A stretch of DNA of 64,000 nucleotides from Schmidtea polychroa (Eukaryota), in assembly GCA_044892525.1 (NCBI GenBank), contig CM097887.1, positions 127,884,397 to 127,948,396 of the forward strand, in the 5' to 3' direction. The notes under the pieces were generated by a model. The model was not told the DNA's origin. It saw only the letters and a list, made by a program, of their open reading frames with translations, and made no database searches. Position numbers and translations under genes: made by a program. Below, piece by piece: positions 24,850 through 38,940 of the stretch (its first letter is position 1; each line of letters opens with the position of its first letter).

Positions 24850-25310
24850 GTAGCATAAAACAAGGGGCTTAGGGTCGTATTGGTAGAAAAGTATGATAGT
24901 CTAAGAGTAACGAAAATTGGAGGCCCAAATACAACATTGGAGATAAATTAGTAAGAGACGTATTGGGTTATTTCTGAAATTTGTCGAGAGTTTGAAAAGT
25001 TGTTTTTTTGATATGACAACTCACCAAGACAGTTAATTTTTTGAGTGACTTAATTAAAAGAAATGTTGAAAGAGAAACAAGAATAATCACTGATTGCTGG
25101 AGGGGATACAAGCGGCTGTCTGAACTTTGATACTTGCATAAAACTATTAATCACCCTCAAAGATTTGTTTCCCAAGAAGACAGGAGTATCTATACTAATA
25201 ATATCGAAAGAATATGGAAAGATTTAAGAGAAAAACTTTCACGCGGAATAACAACCGATCACTTAGTAAAGCGCGTTAAAGATTACATGATAAACAGGAA
25301 CTATTTCGCT
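24850..25310 (+). mobile_element. Merlin (IS1595/ISXO2-like) transposase remnant
   Basis: WRGYKRLS...HKTINHPQRFV...YTNNIERIWKDLR resembles the Merlin motif (SDxWxxY...HxTVNHSxxFV...HTxNIESxW). Confidence 0.7.
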
Positions 25311-26399
25311 AAAATATCAATTTTAAGGTTTTCAATGTTAATTTTTAATATAATTCAATTTTTATTTATAATAACTTAATATCTATCGTTACGGTATTAT
25401 TGTAGATTGTAGAATATAGTTTATGGGTATAAATGTTCTAAGACAATTAAAAAGTATCAGTTGATGATTGTTATATTATATTGTGTTTATTGTTATATTA
25501 CACTAGTGTCCTTTTTTTATTTTAATACCAATTTATATAAACAACTTTTGTATACAATATTTTTAGTTGTTGGCTAATTTTATAATTAATTTATTTTGTG
25601 TTTTTTACTCTGTAATGATATGTTAATTTTGTCTTGTTTTATACTATTTGTTATATTGCATTCTATTGTATTATTTAAAAATTAAATATAATGATAATTT
25701 GACAATGCTTAATTTATTATATGTTTTAATGTATTATAAAACACTTTGTTTAAATAAGAAAAAAATATTTCATACAAGAATAAATAGTATGTATATGTGA
25801 AGGGTATGTAGCGTATTTGGAAATGGAGGCAAAATGGGCCGTCTGTTTTGGAAAGTTTTTATTTTTACCCCCCCCCCCCCCCATAATACTCAACCCCTAC
25901 CAAGACAATCTATAACACACTATAATAAACCACCATATTAAAAGCTTCATAAAAAGAACAATACATAAATATTGTAAATTTTAAAATTTCGAGCGACAAT
26001 TAACGAAATTTAAAAAAAATAAAAATAGGAGGTAAATAAGAATAAACACATATCACAATTCCTTCAATGAATACTAATAGAAATACAGATAAATATATTA
26101 AAGTAAAAAATCCTGATATAATTTCTATTACCTTTCTTTAGTTTATTGAATACACATGTAAACTTTTTCAGAAAAATAAAGTGATTTTTATTTATTGAAA
26201 AACCTAATAATAATTTGACTAAATAAATACACCGTATATTATATTTAAGATATATGTTGGGTTTTATGATACTAAAAGTCGACCGTTGGTTACTCTGACC
26301 CCACGTGTCCCAAAAATTAATATACACAACTCCCAACGTATATTTGTTTTATAGAAAATTTACAATTCGCAATAAATAATTTAGTTAACCAGGATTTTG

Positions 26400-27100
26400 T
26401 TCACAATTCCTGATCTAACTTAGCTCTGGAAAGTCTCGACCTTGTGCGATTTAAAAATAAGTTTCACCTTTTTATTTGATATTCCGCTCTCTGATCCGAA
26501 CTCCTTTAATACTCTTTTTTCTAACTCTTCAGTTCCTCTTATAATTCCCTTTTAATTCTTGACTTTGTTCCTCAAACTCCTATTGTCAGTTTCTTCTTTC
26601 ATACCTGACGCTACTGCCGATTATCTGAATTTGGAGTTTCCTTATACACCCCTATGATCGGTGTAATTGCTCCGTTTTTGGCCTGATTGGTTTTGACTTC
26701 CTTAATTCTCGTTCTCTAATTAGTTATTTCTGTTGACCTCTTTAGAAATTCCCTTTCTTTTGTTTACCTTCGTTTATCCGACTGTTTGCATAATTGTCCT
26801 CAGCTTGTTTATTCTCCAAAATTACCGCCCTCGGACTTCCCATTAGCTCGGGTTTTCCATTAGCCAATTAACTAATTAATTAATAGTTAATGTTTTTCCA
26901 TATTTGCCTGTTTTTCGATCCTTTCTAAACATTTTCTACCAATTTCTTGCTCACTGTTTCTTCACCATTTCTTCACATTTCTACACAATTTCTTCATCAT
27001 TCCCAAATCTACACCTCTCCCGTTTTCCCGCTTCAATTTCGATAAAATTTCATTTTATTCCACTTCCTCAGATTTGCGCATTTTTCATTTCGTGTCTGAT
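26400..27100 (-). mobile_element. highly decayed LINE RT remnant
   Basis: The purine-rich minus strand has a weak RT-like segment (AITPIIGVYK, cf. RPIxLLxVxYK) and many stops. Confidence 0.3.
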
Positions 27101-27289
27101 TGTACCCTTTTACAGTTCTGTTTTTGTCATATCTTTCTTTGTCATTACTTCTCTGCTTCACCGTCATTCTCTTTTGTTCAATTTCGGTTTTCTTTTTACT
27201 CAAAACTATTCAATTTAACAAAATTTAATAATTTGCTTTTACAAGCTCAACACATATATATTTTCTAAAGTAACATTTCAAGAAGCAAA

Positions 27290-28215
27290 GAACATGAAAG
27301 CCTTCACTTCCATTCTTGTGCGTAATTTTGACAAAAAATAAACTTTTGCTGCAAACGACCTTTCAACTTCAACATTTGTTAGCTTTATTGTTAAAAGTGC
27401 ATTAAACAAAAGTATCGAATTGTTGATTTTTTTGAAGATTAGCTTATGTTAAAACACCGTAAACCTTTCATATGTAGATCTAATTTTTTCGATTCTATCA
27501 TACACTCGAACATAAGCCACCATTCTTTGTTTCAAAATTACTATTATTTTTATCTCATGATCTGATGTCACCACCGCTGGGATATGATCTTCTGTTTCAA
27601 TATTTTGTTTTTAATTTGGAAAAAACCTCAAAATTCCATTATAAAGACAGAAACATGATTATCTTTTAATAATAAGTTTAGTCAAGCAGACATTATTGAG
27701 GATGACAGCTTTAGGTAAAGTAGCGTCTTCTGAAGAGACAAGTTTCAATGCAATTTCGATAAGGCAAAGAGCTTCAGTTATGTTTATTAACATAATCAAT
27801 TCTTCTTTAAAAAAATTTCTTTTGAATTATAAAAACTTTTTTTTTCCAATTTCACCACTGATTATTTTTTCCATTGAATTTATTAAAAAGAGAGCTTGAA
27901 GACTTTAATGACAAGGACTATCTTATATTCGAAAATATTTTCATTAAATACATTATTTGCAGCAAAAGGCTTANNNNNNNNNNNNNNNNNNNNNNNNNNN
28001 NNNNNNNNNNNNNNNNNNNNNNNNNNNNNNNNNNNNNNNNNNNNNNNNNNNNNNNNNNNNNNNNNNNNNNNNNNNNNNNNNNNNNNNNNNNNNNNNNNNN
28101 NNNNNNATGTTTCGAACTTCCGGAAACCTCTCAACCATCTCTACCGGTTTATCAAAGTTTCTTCTTGACATTTCGTGAGATTTTAAGCTATAATTCGATT
28201 GATGCTCCTCCATTA
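27290..28215 (-). mobile_element. hAT (Ac/ZBED-like) transposase remnant
   Basis: Minus-strand motifs VEMVERF, ITEALCLIEIALKLVSSEDATL and VEVERSFAAKVYFLSKLRTRM (dimerisation domain); interrupted by a gap. Confidence 0.6.
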
Positions 28216-29099
28216 ATATAACAATTAAATTATTGAAAAAACCAAATAATGAATAAATGAGAATAATCCCAAATAAAAATTAAAAAGTTTTAAATTTATC
28301 AATAAAATGTAATATTTAAAATCCGAATTCATTGTTGCAGATGGAAAATAAAATATTTCAAAAATTATTAATTTTTTCCTTTTGAGAAATGGTGCTGGAA
28401 ATTTGTCCCTTTACAGGAGATTAATAAATCGAATGAAATCCAAGATTGTAGCCAGCCCAGGATTGCCAACTCAATTATCAATCGCTCAGTTATGCTCTAA
28501 TACCCGATATTATTGAATTAGGGATTTTCATACGAAATACTGGCAGTGAGCTGTTACCATCCCGCAATCTGACAGCACTGCTATCTGAGAATATCATTTA
28601 TTGATTTATCCACCATTCCTACAGAATTTGCTGGTTCTTATTAACCTGCTTGACAAAATGTGCAATATTGCCGAAAGATATTTTAAGGGACAAAATGCAA
28701 AGATTTACAAATCACACCAATATTTTNNNNNNNNNNNNNNNNNNNNNNNNNNNNNNNNNNNNNNNNNNNNNNNNNNNNNNNNNNNNNNNNNNNNNNNNNN
28801 NNNNNNNNNNNNNNNNNNNNNNNNNNNNNNNNNNNNNNNNNNNNNNNNNNNNNNNNNNNNNNNNNNNNNNNNNGATAATTAGTTAGTTCCAACCACATTC
28901 ATCTTCACTGAAATTTCAGCACTTTTATAAGTCTTGTAAAAATATAGCTGTTTTGTAAAAATATTGTTGGGGTTGTCGGTGATATGTAAAATTAACAATT
29001 ATTGATCTAGTTCCAAAGCGTGCCTTAGTTGACAACGATGACAAATTTCAAACAATATAAACTTGATTTGATCAACACAATTGATTACCAATTTGTAAT

Positions 29100-29520
29100 G
29101 ATAGAAATAATTCAATATTACAACAACGACTATTACGTGCTTATTGTAAACCTTTTTGGTTTTAAGTTGCTTCTCCGACCTGACACTGTTCTCTTCACCT
29201 TTTCATTTCGTTTTTATTCTGCTTTGTCTTCCACCTTTTCCTATGTATGCTTCTTTGTATTCTGTCTCTTAACCCGAGTTGTGCTTCACTTTTATATTCT
29301 GCTATTCAATAATTCTGTTGGTTTTGATTTCTGCTTCCTGGTCTTCCTGATTTCTGCTTTTGGGTCATTTCTAATTTCTCTGTTATCTCGGACAGCTGTC
29401 GAAATATATAATTTTATTTGGTTTGGTCCCTTATATTATTTTGACTTCTCCGGTGATCCATTCTTTAATTCAGACAAACTGTCAAGATATGAAAATTTAA
29501 TTTCAAATCAGTTTTTTTGA
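29100..29520 (-). mobile_element. decayed LINE remnant (endonuclease/linker-like region)
   Basis: Lys/Arg/Glu-rich, stop-riddled minus-strand frame; the + strand 163-aa ORF is its Phe/Leu-rich antisense shadow. Confidence 0.3.
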
Positions 29521-29856
29521 AATTCCTTTTTACATTGTGTTTGTAAATTAAACCTTGTCTATTTCATTGTTCAATATTTTTTATTTTGTTTTTTTCTTCT
29601 CATTTTCAATTTCTTTTTCTGTTTCTCAGAATTCTGGAACGATATATTTTCCATTTATGTATTTTCCCACGATAATTTTATTCATTTAACAATTTTTTGA
29701 TTTTATTATTTAGATATCCTCAACAAAATTAAAATAATGAATTTCAATAACTAAGGGTGCTACTCACCGGATTGTTTGATGATTTAAGAAATTTTAATTA
29801 TAGATCTAAAATGCCAAAAATATATCTGTCATGTTAAAAATAATATTTATCTAGAA

Positions 29857-30245
29857 CAGGGCTGTCCAACCTCGGGAAACCAGAGGGCTTCAATGCAAAA
29901 AAAAACTATTCGGGGGCCGCACACAATGCAAAGAATTTGTCCGCTAAGTATAGATTGAAGAAAAGTTTACAATCCGCGGCAATAACACATTTTACATCTT
30001 TTTTTTACTGATGTCCTTCCGTATAACTTCACGACCAGTAGAGTTCGTTCGCAAAGAGAGACGCGAACGCCACGTGAAGTCTTCATTTGGAAGAAAAAAG
30101 TTTCATAACATTGTATTATATTTTAATATTAATATAAGTTTTTCGTAGCAATAAAAGTATTTACGTAAATAAGATGGTATCAAATTATAGAGAAGTTCGC
30201 GGGCCACACAAAAGTACTTCGCGGGCCGCGGTTTAGACAGGTCTG
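29857..30245. mobile_element. hAT MITE (389 bp), Buster/Charlie type
   Basis: Imperfect TIRs CAGGGCTGTCCAAC / GTTTAGACAGGTCTG; GCGGGCCG subterminal motifs; exact TSD ATCTAGAA (29849-29856, 30246-30253). Confidence 0.88.
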
Positions 30246-31640
30246 ATCTAGAATAATAATATTAATTTTAAAAAGTTAAGAAAAATTAGTTTCTAATTTT
30301 AAAAATCAAACTTGCAAGAACAGTGCGGAATTCTTTATGGAATCATTTGGAAAAAATTTTGGAAGTGAAATTTTTGGAAAGAGACTTCAGATAAAACCAT
30401 AAAAAGAAAAAAAAATCGGGTATTTACAGTACGAATAAAAATTTGAAAGAAATTGTAAATTGTTGGAGTAATTTTGTATCAATACATGTATATTTTATTT
30501 AGAGTTTTTTATTTTTAAATGATGTGCAATAACACAGGAGGATTTTTACCCATAAAAATAATTAGCACATGATTTACAAAAAAACAACAAAATTAAAACA
30601 TTTAATGAAAATAAAATTTTTAAAAAATAAAATAAATAATAATAACTGGTAGTCTGATCTGTCAAAAATAACGGCTGAATTATGGAAACGGTTGGAATCA
30701 AGTCTCTATAGAAAGGAGCGGAAATTATCAAAGTTTCCAAATATGATCACATAAGGTTGTAATTTAGGTTGTAATTTTGGATTATTATTTGATTTAATGT
30801 TATTTGTGTGAATTAATATTAACAAAATGAATTTTTCAAAAATGAAAAATAGATATATAGATAAACTAAAAGTCGAAATATATTCCAATTGCACAGAAAA
30901 AAATATATAATAATCTGTTTGTGTCGATTTTACATTTTTTTACATTTTATTTTATTATTTTATTATAAGTATATTCATTTTTTAGAAGTTACACTTGATA
31001 AATGCTGAAGAGAAAATTCCTGGTTATATTTTATTTATTGATATAATATTAAAAATATAAATAATTTGCCTTTATCTCCATTTATTTTTAGATTATAGAT
31101 CAGTAAAAAATTTTTGTATTTAACATGAATTTTCGACACAAATTTTTTTCAAAGAAATGAAGTTAAAGAAACTTTGAAAGGATCAATTGTGAAGAAAGAT
31201 TTAAAAAATTAATTGTTTCATCTAGTTTCTTAATAGCCATTTGTTAATTTTTCTTTAATCTAAAATAATAAAATAAAATTTAACAAATCTTTATTCCACT
31301 ACGATCGAGACTGAAAAAGGAATTTAAATTAATGAAATTAAACTTTCCATTTGAAATTATAACTATATCCACATTAAAACAAACTCCCATTGGATTTGAG
31401 TGAGTATAATCATAAGTGCGAAACAGATTCACTGCAAAACTTGAATGCATACTTCATTGCATTTTGAGGAAATTCAAAGCGGAAATATTTTAAAATTAAT
31501 CATGTTTCTTAAATAATTACTTTCACTTTAATAATCACATTTATTCAGATTATATATTTAACTTTGTTATTCAATTCAAATAATAATTATTATGTGTATT
31601 TTATTATTATACAGTTTTGTTTTAATTCATTACAAAACTG

Positions 31641-31644
<4 letters not shown>

Positions 31645-31699
<55 letters not shown>
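31645..31699. repeat. (AT)n microsatellite
   Basis: Perfect AT dinucleotide run. Confidence 0.95.
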
Positions 31700-31704
<5 letters not shown>

Positions 31705-32079
31705 AAAAGAAACATTAAGGATGTTGAAATTTGTAATGAAAGTCCAATATAAAAATTTTAAAAAGATTTACAAATTAAAGAAAACAAATTTTTAGCAGTA
31801 CCTAAGTAATTTTGTCCGGTTTAATTATTTCTTTAAAGGCACTACGATAAAAGAGCGTTGATACTATTCTCAGAATTTACAATTTAAATTCTTAAATGAA
31901 GTATAATAAAAGAGATTAGGAATCAAAATAATGTTATGTAAAATATTATATTAATTAGCATAATGTTTAACTGAAAGGAATTCTTTAGTTAAAATGACAG
32001 TTATAGTTTGAGATTTATTAATCTGCACATACTTTTTCTTGGAAGGTACAAGTTGATTCTCACCAGAGAGATGACGTTC

Positions 32080-33310
32080 AATTTTTACTTCAACGTTAGT
32101 TTGTTCTAACCAGAAGTAGTTGATCAATTTGAAAACCGAAAGATGATTGCAACCAACCGTTTGTTGAAATCACAATATCAAACTTCTACTGAAATACTTA
32201 GTCGTGGGAGGTTCTCGTTGATACGATCGTTTACATCTACAGTTTAGATCTACAGTGAAATTATGATTAACTTTTTGGTTTTTTCGATAAATGTATCTTC
32301 CAAATAGTCTAATAGTAATGTAATTTCTTCACAACATGCTTCCACAAATTCCTCGACTGTATCGATTCCCTTGTTATCATGATAAAGTTGCACTAGTATC
32401 AACTTTTCTTCTTCAATACTTTTTTCCGAAGGTGAAAACCCATCTAGGTGGAAAGTACAACAAAGTACTCCCAGAAACACACACTGAAATACATTATGAA
32501 TAGCTTTCTCAAAATCAGATATTACGTTCTTTTGGTTTAGAGTGATTGGTATTGTTCTCCGATATTGAAAGAATATATTCACTAAACATTTTAATTCCTC
32601 TATACAATAATCTTTATATACTACATCTCAACAGTGTACTTTCTTTTTAGTTTCTTTTATCTTTTTTAATCTTTAACAGGAGACCAATTACACTACATTT
32701 GACCTTCTCCAAAATTTATGCATATGTATTTTATGCATGGATAGTAGAAGCAATAAAAAAGAACTCCTGCTACTTTGAAAGTTTCTTCTACAAACAAATG
32801 TATATTTTACTCTAAAAGATGTGATATCTTTAGGCATCCAAATATCAGAATTTGCCATTCGCTCCTTAATCCCACAAGATAAATTATTCTACTCGTGTTA
32901 AAAGTTTAACAGTTTCAGGAATAGTTATCTCTGCTATAGTTTTAGGATTTGGATATAGAAGTTATTCCATTTTTTTCGTTCTCTTATGCATTGCAACGCC
33001 CTGTATTTCAGTAAAGTGCAACTTCCAAAAAAATTGAACTTCACTCATGTTGTATAATCTGTTTTGGATTTTCGCCTCCTTCAATGTTTCATTTACAAGT
33101 ATTTGCCACAACCTTTGATGCCTCATTTTTAAATTGCTTCGGAACGTGATTGTGTTCCGATATTAAGAGAATTTATTCATTAAACATTTTAATACTTCTA
33201 CACATTCATCCTTATATGCTGCATCTTCATAATGTAATTTACTCTTTGTTTCTTTTTATCCTTTTTATATCTCTAGAGACCAATAATACCACCTTTTCTT
33301 TCTGTTACTT
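32080..33310 (-). mobile_element. MULE (Mutator-like) transposase pseudogene
   Basis: Minus-strand motifs HNHVP (FLYWCH/WRKY-like), VISDFEKAIHNVFQCVF..CCTFH, LLDYLEDTFI and DRINENLPRL; multiple stops. Confidence 0.7.
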
Positions 33311-34474
33311 TTAATTATTTCAAATGTTATTTTAAAAACTGAAGAATATTTTTGACCATTATTTGTCTTAAATTATAGACTTCGTTATTTTAAGATTGTT
33401 TTCTACTTTACTTGTTAAGATTTTCTTTTATTATAACTATTATAGTTAACTCAAAACAAATATAAAAACTTTTCATTAACTTTTGGCAGTCTTTTGTTAT
33501 TCGCTCTTTTTTCGGGAACTTTTCATTCTTTTCTCAACATACTTGACATGTTTCCCCATATCCCAGTATCTGTTTGGAATGCCTAATCTCTTTTGTCAAG
33601 TATGTTCTTGTTATCTATTCTTGTTATCTATTATTTCTTTATCTATCATTCGTTTATCTTCATATATTTTATTTTTAGATTCGGTTTCGATCATCATTAC
33701 TTGTTGGTATGGAAATCATACCCATATCTTCAAATATTTCCTTTATTCTCATTTCATATAGTTATTTTTTAATTAGCTTGTTTTTAACATGATATATCCG
33801 ACCATTTCTGTGTCGCTTATACTTTTCACAAATTGTTTGAATATATATTCATCTATCTCCCTATTTAAATTATTGCCTATTTAGCCAAAATTATTTCATT
33901 TTCTTATAATTTCTTGTTTAACTTTTCACTAATTTAATTTTTTCACGGATTATTTCGTAAATTAGTTTGTGTTCTTCACTTCAGCTTTTCATTATGCGCT
34001 TCTATGATTTGCTTTTCTCCATAGTTGACGGATTTCAGCGAAGATAGCGACCTACAATTGGATTTTACCTCTGAGTTCCAAAATCAATGATTTTTACAGT
34101 TCCTAACATAATCGTAAACAATCTCAAACTCCAACATTAAAAAAGAAACACTCAATGAAGGATAGAATGAATACAAAAATAAAATTTTCTACATTGGTTG
34201 TGTTATGTCCTCGCTCTAAGTAGATGGAAAAATTTTCAAAATCAGAAAGTTGACATGAATATATGTAAATCTAAACGTTTGGCTATCGTTTCTTTTATGA
34301 GCCTGGCACTTCACTGTATGTGTTTTTATGTATACAAAATTTATGCAGCTAAACAAATTTGAAATTTTATTTAATTTTTATTATATTTTCTTAAATTTAT
34401 TTATTTTAGAATAAATAAGTAAACATTCATGACAACGACCTAACTATAAGAAAGCGCCATTCAAACATTCGTAT

Positions 34475-34513
34475 TACGATATATTTCGACAGTTTTCCTG
34501 TGATCATCAGGTA
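34475..34513 (-). ncRNA. minimal hammerhead ribozyme (PLE copy B), stem II first pair mutated
   Basis: TAC-CTGATGA-T-CACAG(GAAAA)CTGTC-GAAA-TATA-TC-GTA; stem I is TAC/GTA and G10.1 is changed to C. Confidence 0.8.
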
Positions 34514-34672
34514 GGATAAAGTAATTATAGAAATTATAGATTTTCGAACAAATTTATAATTTAAAAAAATTACAATTTATTTAATAAATCATTTTTAATT
34601 TGTAGCAAAAAAGAAATTTTAAAATATTGAAAATTAAAATTTATTTAATAATTTAATAATTATTTACTTTAA

Positions 34673-34911
34673 CCCTCTCCGTATATTTCTCGAATATATT
34701 CGACATTAAAGCAAGATGTCACTTCCAGTTTCATAGGCCATTGCAAAAGTACATCGTTTTCACCGCGCATTATGAAAAAGAAAACAGAAAGATGTGTCCC
34801 TTTTCCAGCTTTGAATCCATCGGGATGAAGCTGAAGGCACAGTTTGTAACCGTTTTGTGGGAATAGAACGGGTCACTATAAATATCAGCATTATTTTTTA
34901 CACGGAGAGGG
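34673..34911. mobile_element. piggyBac MITE (239 bp) nested in the tail of PLE copy B
   Basis: TTAA|CCCTCTCCGT ... ACGGAGAGGG|TTAA. Confidence 0.9.
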
Positions 34912-36801
34912 TTAAAAACAACAATCCATATATAAAGTAGAAAAACACTATTTAAAATCATTTAAAACACAAGTATTCACTACATTTTGCATAGTAATTT
35001 TCGGATCCAACGACTTTTTCAATAACACTTCACAAATTACACGTTCCAATTATTGAAATTTTTAATAAAATTTTAAAATCAAACATACCTATTTTATGCT
35101 TATAATATTGGTCAATGCCTTTGGACTCGAGCTGAAATGTAGAGATGATGGGCAGTCTCTCCAATTTATGTGGTATTACATTCATTACAGGTAAATTGAT
35201 AAACGGGATAAGAACACAATTCGACCGGTGTTTTAAATTTAATGAAAGTTGACAAGAATATATGCAAATCTATAAATGAAAATATCACTTGTGATAAATA
35301 TAACTTCTGAGAAGTGCTTTACTCTAATTCTCAACCGTGACCTGCAATTCTAACATTACCTAACGATGAATATTTCACTAATAGTTATCTTGTATTACCG
35401 TGATTTGATTTTGTTATAGGGTCAAGTTTTATTTGAAATCTTGCGTTTTACATGCTGTACTATCCTTTAGTGAAAAATTACATTGTTGCCGATTTCTATC
35501 AATAATATAATCCTAAATTTTGTTGAAAGTTAATATTATCGATATTAAAATCATATATTTGTATTCTGTTTGCAGAATTTATGTTATTATAAAATTACTT
35601 TCTTAAATTAACAACTTAGTCAATTTAACTTTGTTTATTTAATCCACTTTTTATTTGTGATCTAAAAATTATAATTATACGTTGATCTTATTTTAACTAG
35701 ATTTATAATCCAACTTCGACTTTGGATCATGCCTTATGTTGAAAAATCAGGTATAATTTATTTATTATTCAACTTATGTAAAACTTAACTTATTTAGGTA
35801 ACATAGTAGATTCAGTACCATGGTCAATTAATTATTTCAAATCACTTATTTTTGGCTTTTTTACAATGTTGTCATTATTGTAAGAAATATTCAAATATTG
35901 AATATATTAACTAAATTTATTGTTTCAGCATCCAAACATTGATTCCTATAGATGTAAGACAATTATTTAATCCATATGTTTTGTAATTGTAACATTTCAG
36001 ATCTTTGGAATGGAATCAAATTCAAATAGACGGAATAATGGAAAGTTAGTTTATTTTCAATAGAGTATTTCCTTGTTTTGAAATTATAATTAATGTTAAA
36101 CTTTAAATACAAATTAAATTAACCATTTTTAATTTAATTAAAAATAATTTTATGTTAATATAATTATTAGATGTAGAAAATATACATTATTTAAGAGTGC
36201 GGCAAAAATCATTNNNNNNNNNNNNNNNNNNNNNNNNNNNNNNNNNNNNNNNNNNNNNNNNNNNNNNNNNNNNNNNNNNNNNNNNNNNNNNNNNNNNNNN
36301 NNNNNNNNNNNNNNNNNNNNNNNNNNNNNNNNNNNNNNNNNNNNNNNNNNNNNNNNNNNNNNNNNNNNNNNNNNNNNAATCTTTTTATTGTGCTAGTTTT
36401 CAACGAAAATGTATAAAGTGTTGCATATAACTGATATTTAGGTTTGAAATATTGCTGCTCTCCACTATTTAATGATGAGGTGTAAACTGGCGAGACAGTC
36501 TAACAAATAGTTCTCTTATTTAAATGATAAAATAGCAGTAAAAATATATTTGATCAGTACTGCTTGGAGCCCTATTGTAATTATTCAATCTTCTACAAGT
36601 AATGTAGTCAAACATAGTTTAAAACCAATTTGTAATTTATAAAGACATTTTGTATTATAGCAATGATAATAAATTAATGACAATTACTTGGTAGCTGTAT
36701 TTTAAAGTAAAAGTCACTTATTAACGTTGATTCTCATGAATATATGCACGTCATTTGCCATTGAATTTCTATTTAAGCATTGAGGCTGATGACCAATTTA
36801 A

Positions 36802-37047
36802 CCCTTTGACCACTATCGGGACATATATGTTCCAGTCAAATTAAAAAACAATATAGATGCCTTATTCTCTGTGCTATTACAACCAACGCTTGCCACACTC
36901 GTGTTTATAGTATTTTCGACTAGTTTCGTCTATACTCGTTAATATACGTTCTGCCGGCTAGCAAACTTAACATTTTATTTCATATATAGGTGATTTCTAT
37001 TGTTAAAGTTATAGAAATTTCATTTTTTTAAATTCCTCGTCAAAGGG
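36802..37047. mobile_element. piggyBac MITE (246 bp)
   Basis: TTAA|CCCTTTGAC ... GTCAAAGGG|TTAA. Confidence 0.88.
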
Positions 37048-37778
37048 TTAAGTGCGAATTTTTTTTACAATTTTGTCCCAAAAGTTGCCAAAAAATTTCT
37101 TTTGTTGTGATTTTATTCTTGCTTAGCAAATATTTCATTTTAGTTAGTTCTTTATTTTAGATTGAATTTTTATTTCTATTTTAATTTAAACTAAAAATAA
37201 TACAGGTAAACTCAGCCCAGATATTGAGCTCAAATATATGTTTATTACAACCTGAACTCGTTCTTTAGCAACAACGAGGACCCAAAACTGTATTACAAAC
37301 ACTATTGTCACATATGCAGTTAATAATTGTGTACAGTAGACTTTGTCACTGCATTGAAAATTTTATGTCTCTAAATAAAAAATATATTTGCTTTGCATAC
37401 AAAACTTTTCAAATTTGGACACATTCCATGATTTTAATGTTTTAAGGCTGTAAGTTTTATACAATATTTCAATATAATCAAACTGAAAGAGAAAGTGGTT
37501 AAGGTTAATCAATTAGTAAACATGTAATTAGTCTTTGTAAAATAATTACAGTTCTAATCCAAAAAAATATCATTTGTTTTAGTTATTTCCAGGCGTTGTA
37601 TTCTACCTGCATAAATTTATATTTGTTATTTAATAATGAATAAAATACCTAACCAAACTGAATTTCAATTTTCAAATATTCAGTGTTTCTTATTTTACAA
37701 TTCTCGGTTGGTTAATTTGAAAAATAATAAAAATAAGTTGTCAATTTTTAATAGATTATGATTTCATCGGATCTAATA

Positions 37779-37937
37779 CAGTAAAATCTTTTTTTACACA
37801 ATTTTGCAGAAAATCATGTAAATAATTAAAAAAAAATTCGGAATTCGTGTTAAATCAAAAATAACGTGTAAAAAAATTTAAAATTTCTTCTTGACGAACC
37901 GTGTTATTTCAAAATCGTGTAAAAAAAGATTTTACTG
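37779..37937. mobile_element. Tigger/pogo-type MITE (159 bp)
   Basis: TA|CAGTAAAATCTTTTTTTACAC ... GTGTAAAAAAAGATTTTACTG|TA; 21-bp perfect TIR. Confidence 0.92.
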
Positions 37938-37989
37938 TAATACCTAATTCTTATGGATCATAGATTTTTATATATTCATTTAGAGATTC

Positions 37990-38940
37990 TGCAGGAACTA
38001 CGTATCTCTTTTTTGCACTTTGTCGCATTTCTTTTCTATAACTGTCCATTATCTCATGGTAAGTAAGGGGGTAGTTCTAGTTTTGACAATTCCATTGTTT
38101 AATAAGAATGAATTTAAATCTACTGATTTGAATTGTGTGTCTCGATTGCTTTGGATTGACGATGACGTTTCGAATATACTGAAAATTAGAAACAGTTTAT
38201 CACTACTTGAGCAGATATGCTAGAGTTTGGGAATGCGAAGGGGATCTAGAATATTCGCCAATCACAACTAATATGAATTGTGTTTTGGTGGTATTGACAT
38301 GATGAAATCGATCGATAACCTTTTGGCGGGATGTGGCTTAAAGAAACGTGGCTCGACTTTACATACGTAGCACTTTTTAGTCATTTCATGAATTTGTTTT
38401 GTCTGCGGTAGCAAAACATTCTAGTTTTTTCTGGTTGACTAAGTCTGTCATGTAGTTTTTTTTAGATATTTAGTATTGAATATAGTAGTGCAGCGAGAAA
38501 GGGTGTCAGCTTTTGCGTTCAGTTAGTTTCTAATTTGAAATCAGCTAATTAGATTCTCTTTTTTGATTTTTGAGATATGGTTTTGTGAGAATAGAAATGA
38601 TACTACTTTTTGATCAGTGGTTATAGTAGATGTTGATGTCGATTGTAATAGGTGTCGCCATTTATAGGAACTTTCGATCATTGCTAAAGTTTCTAGCTCT
38701 TCAAATAAATTTTTTGTTTCGAAGTTTTCTAAAATTCTTGAATGAAAAGCGATTTGTGGCATTTGATGCTTTTGTTTGAAATTGTAAGGGGATATCAAAG
38801 ATGGAAGCTGTTAAGCATGCTTATAAAAAATACTTCAGATAATTAATTGTCACTGCGTAACTTTTGTATAGTGGGTTTTTATTATTGAGTTTGTTCGAGC
38901 ATTAGTGCTTGTTGAAATGTTATGTTGTGCGTGCTATATT
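37990..38940 (-). mobile_element. Ty3/Gypsy LTR-retrotransposon pol remnant (RNase H-integrase)
   Basis: Minus-strand motifs ESSYKWRHLL..TDQKVVSFLFSQNHISKIKKE (RNase H), CYVCKVEPRFFKPH..RLSIDF and FILVVIGEYSR (integrase core); frameshifted. Confidence 0.75.

Larger units (their letters stand above)
34445..35260 (-). mobile_element. Penelope-like element, older decayed copy B, interrupted by a piggyBac MITE
   Basis: The reverse complement aligns by eye to copy A (gtttatcaatttacctgtaatgaatgtaataccacataaattggagagact...ggaacgtgtaatttgtgaagtgttattg...gaatacttgtgtttt), with stops and deletions, then the same tail ending gaatggcgctttcttata. Confidence 0.85.

Noticed and set aside
29029-29520. 163-aa hydrophobic + strand ORF resembling a membrane protein (similar cases at 26904-27218 and 33483-33761)
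   Set aside because: Phe/Leu/Ser bias is what the antisense of A-rich LINE remnants produces; no splice context or recognisable domain.
36786-36810. CTGATGA at 36786 (also CTGATGA/CTGAAGA at ~14096, ~4654, ~55006 minus) as hammerhead cores
   Set aside because: None is followed by both a stem II and GAAA plus an NUH site.
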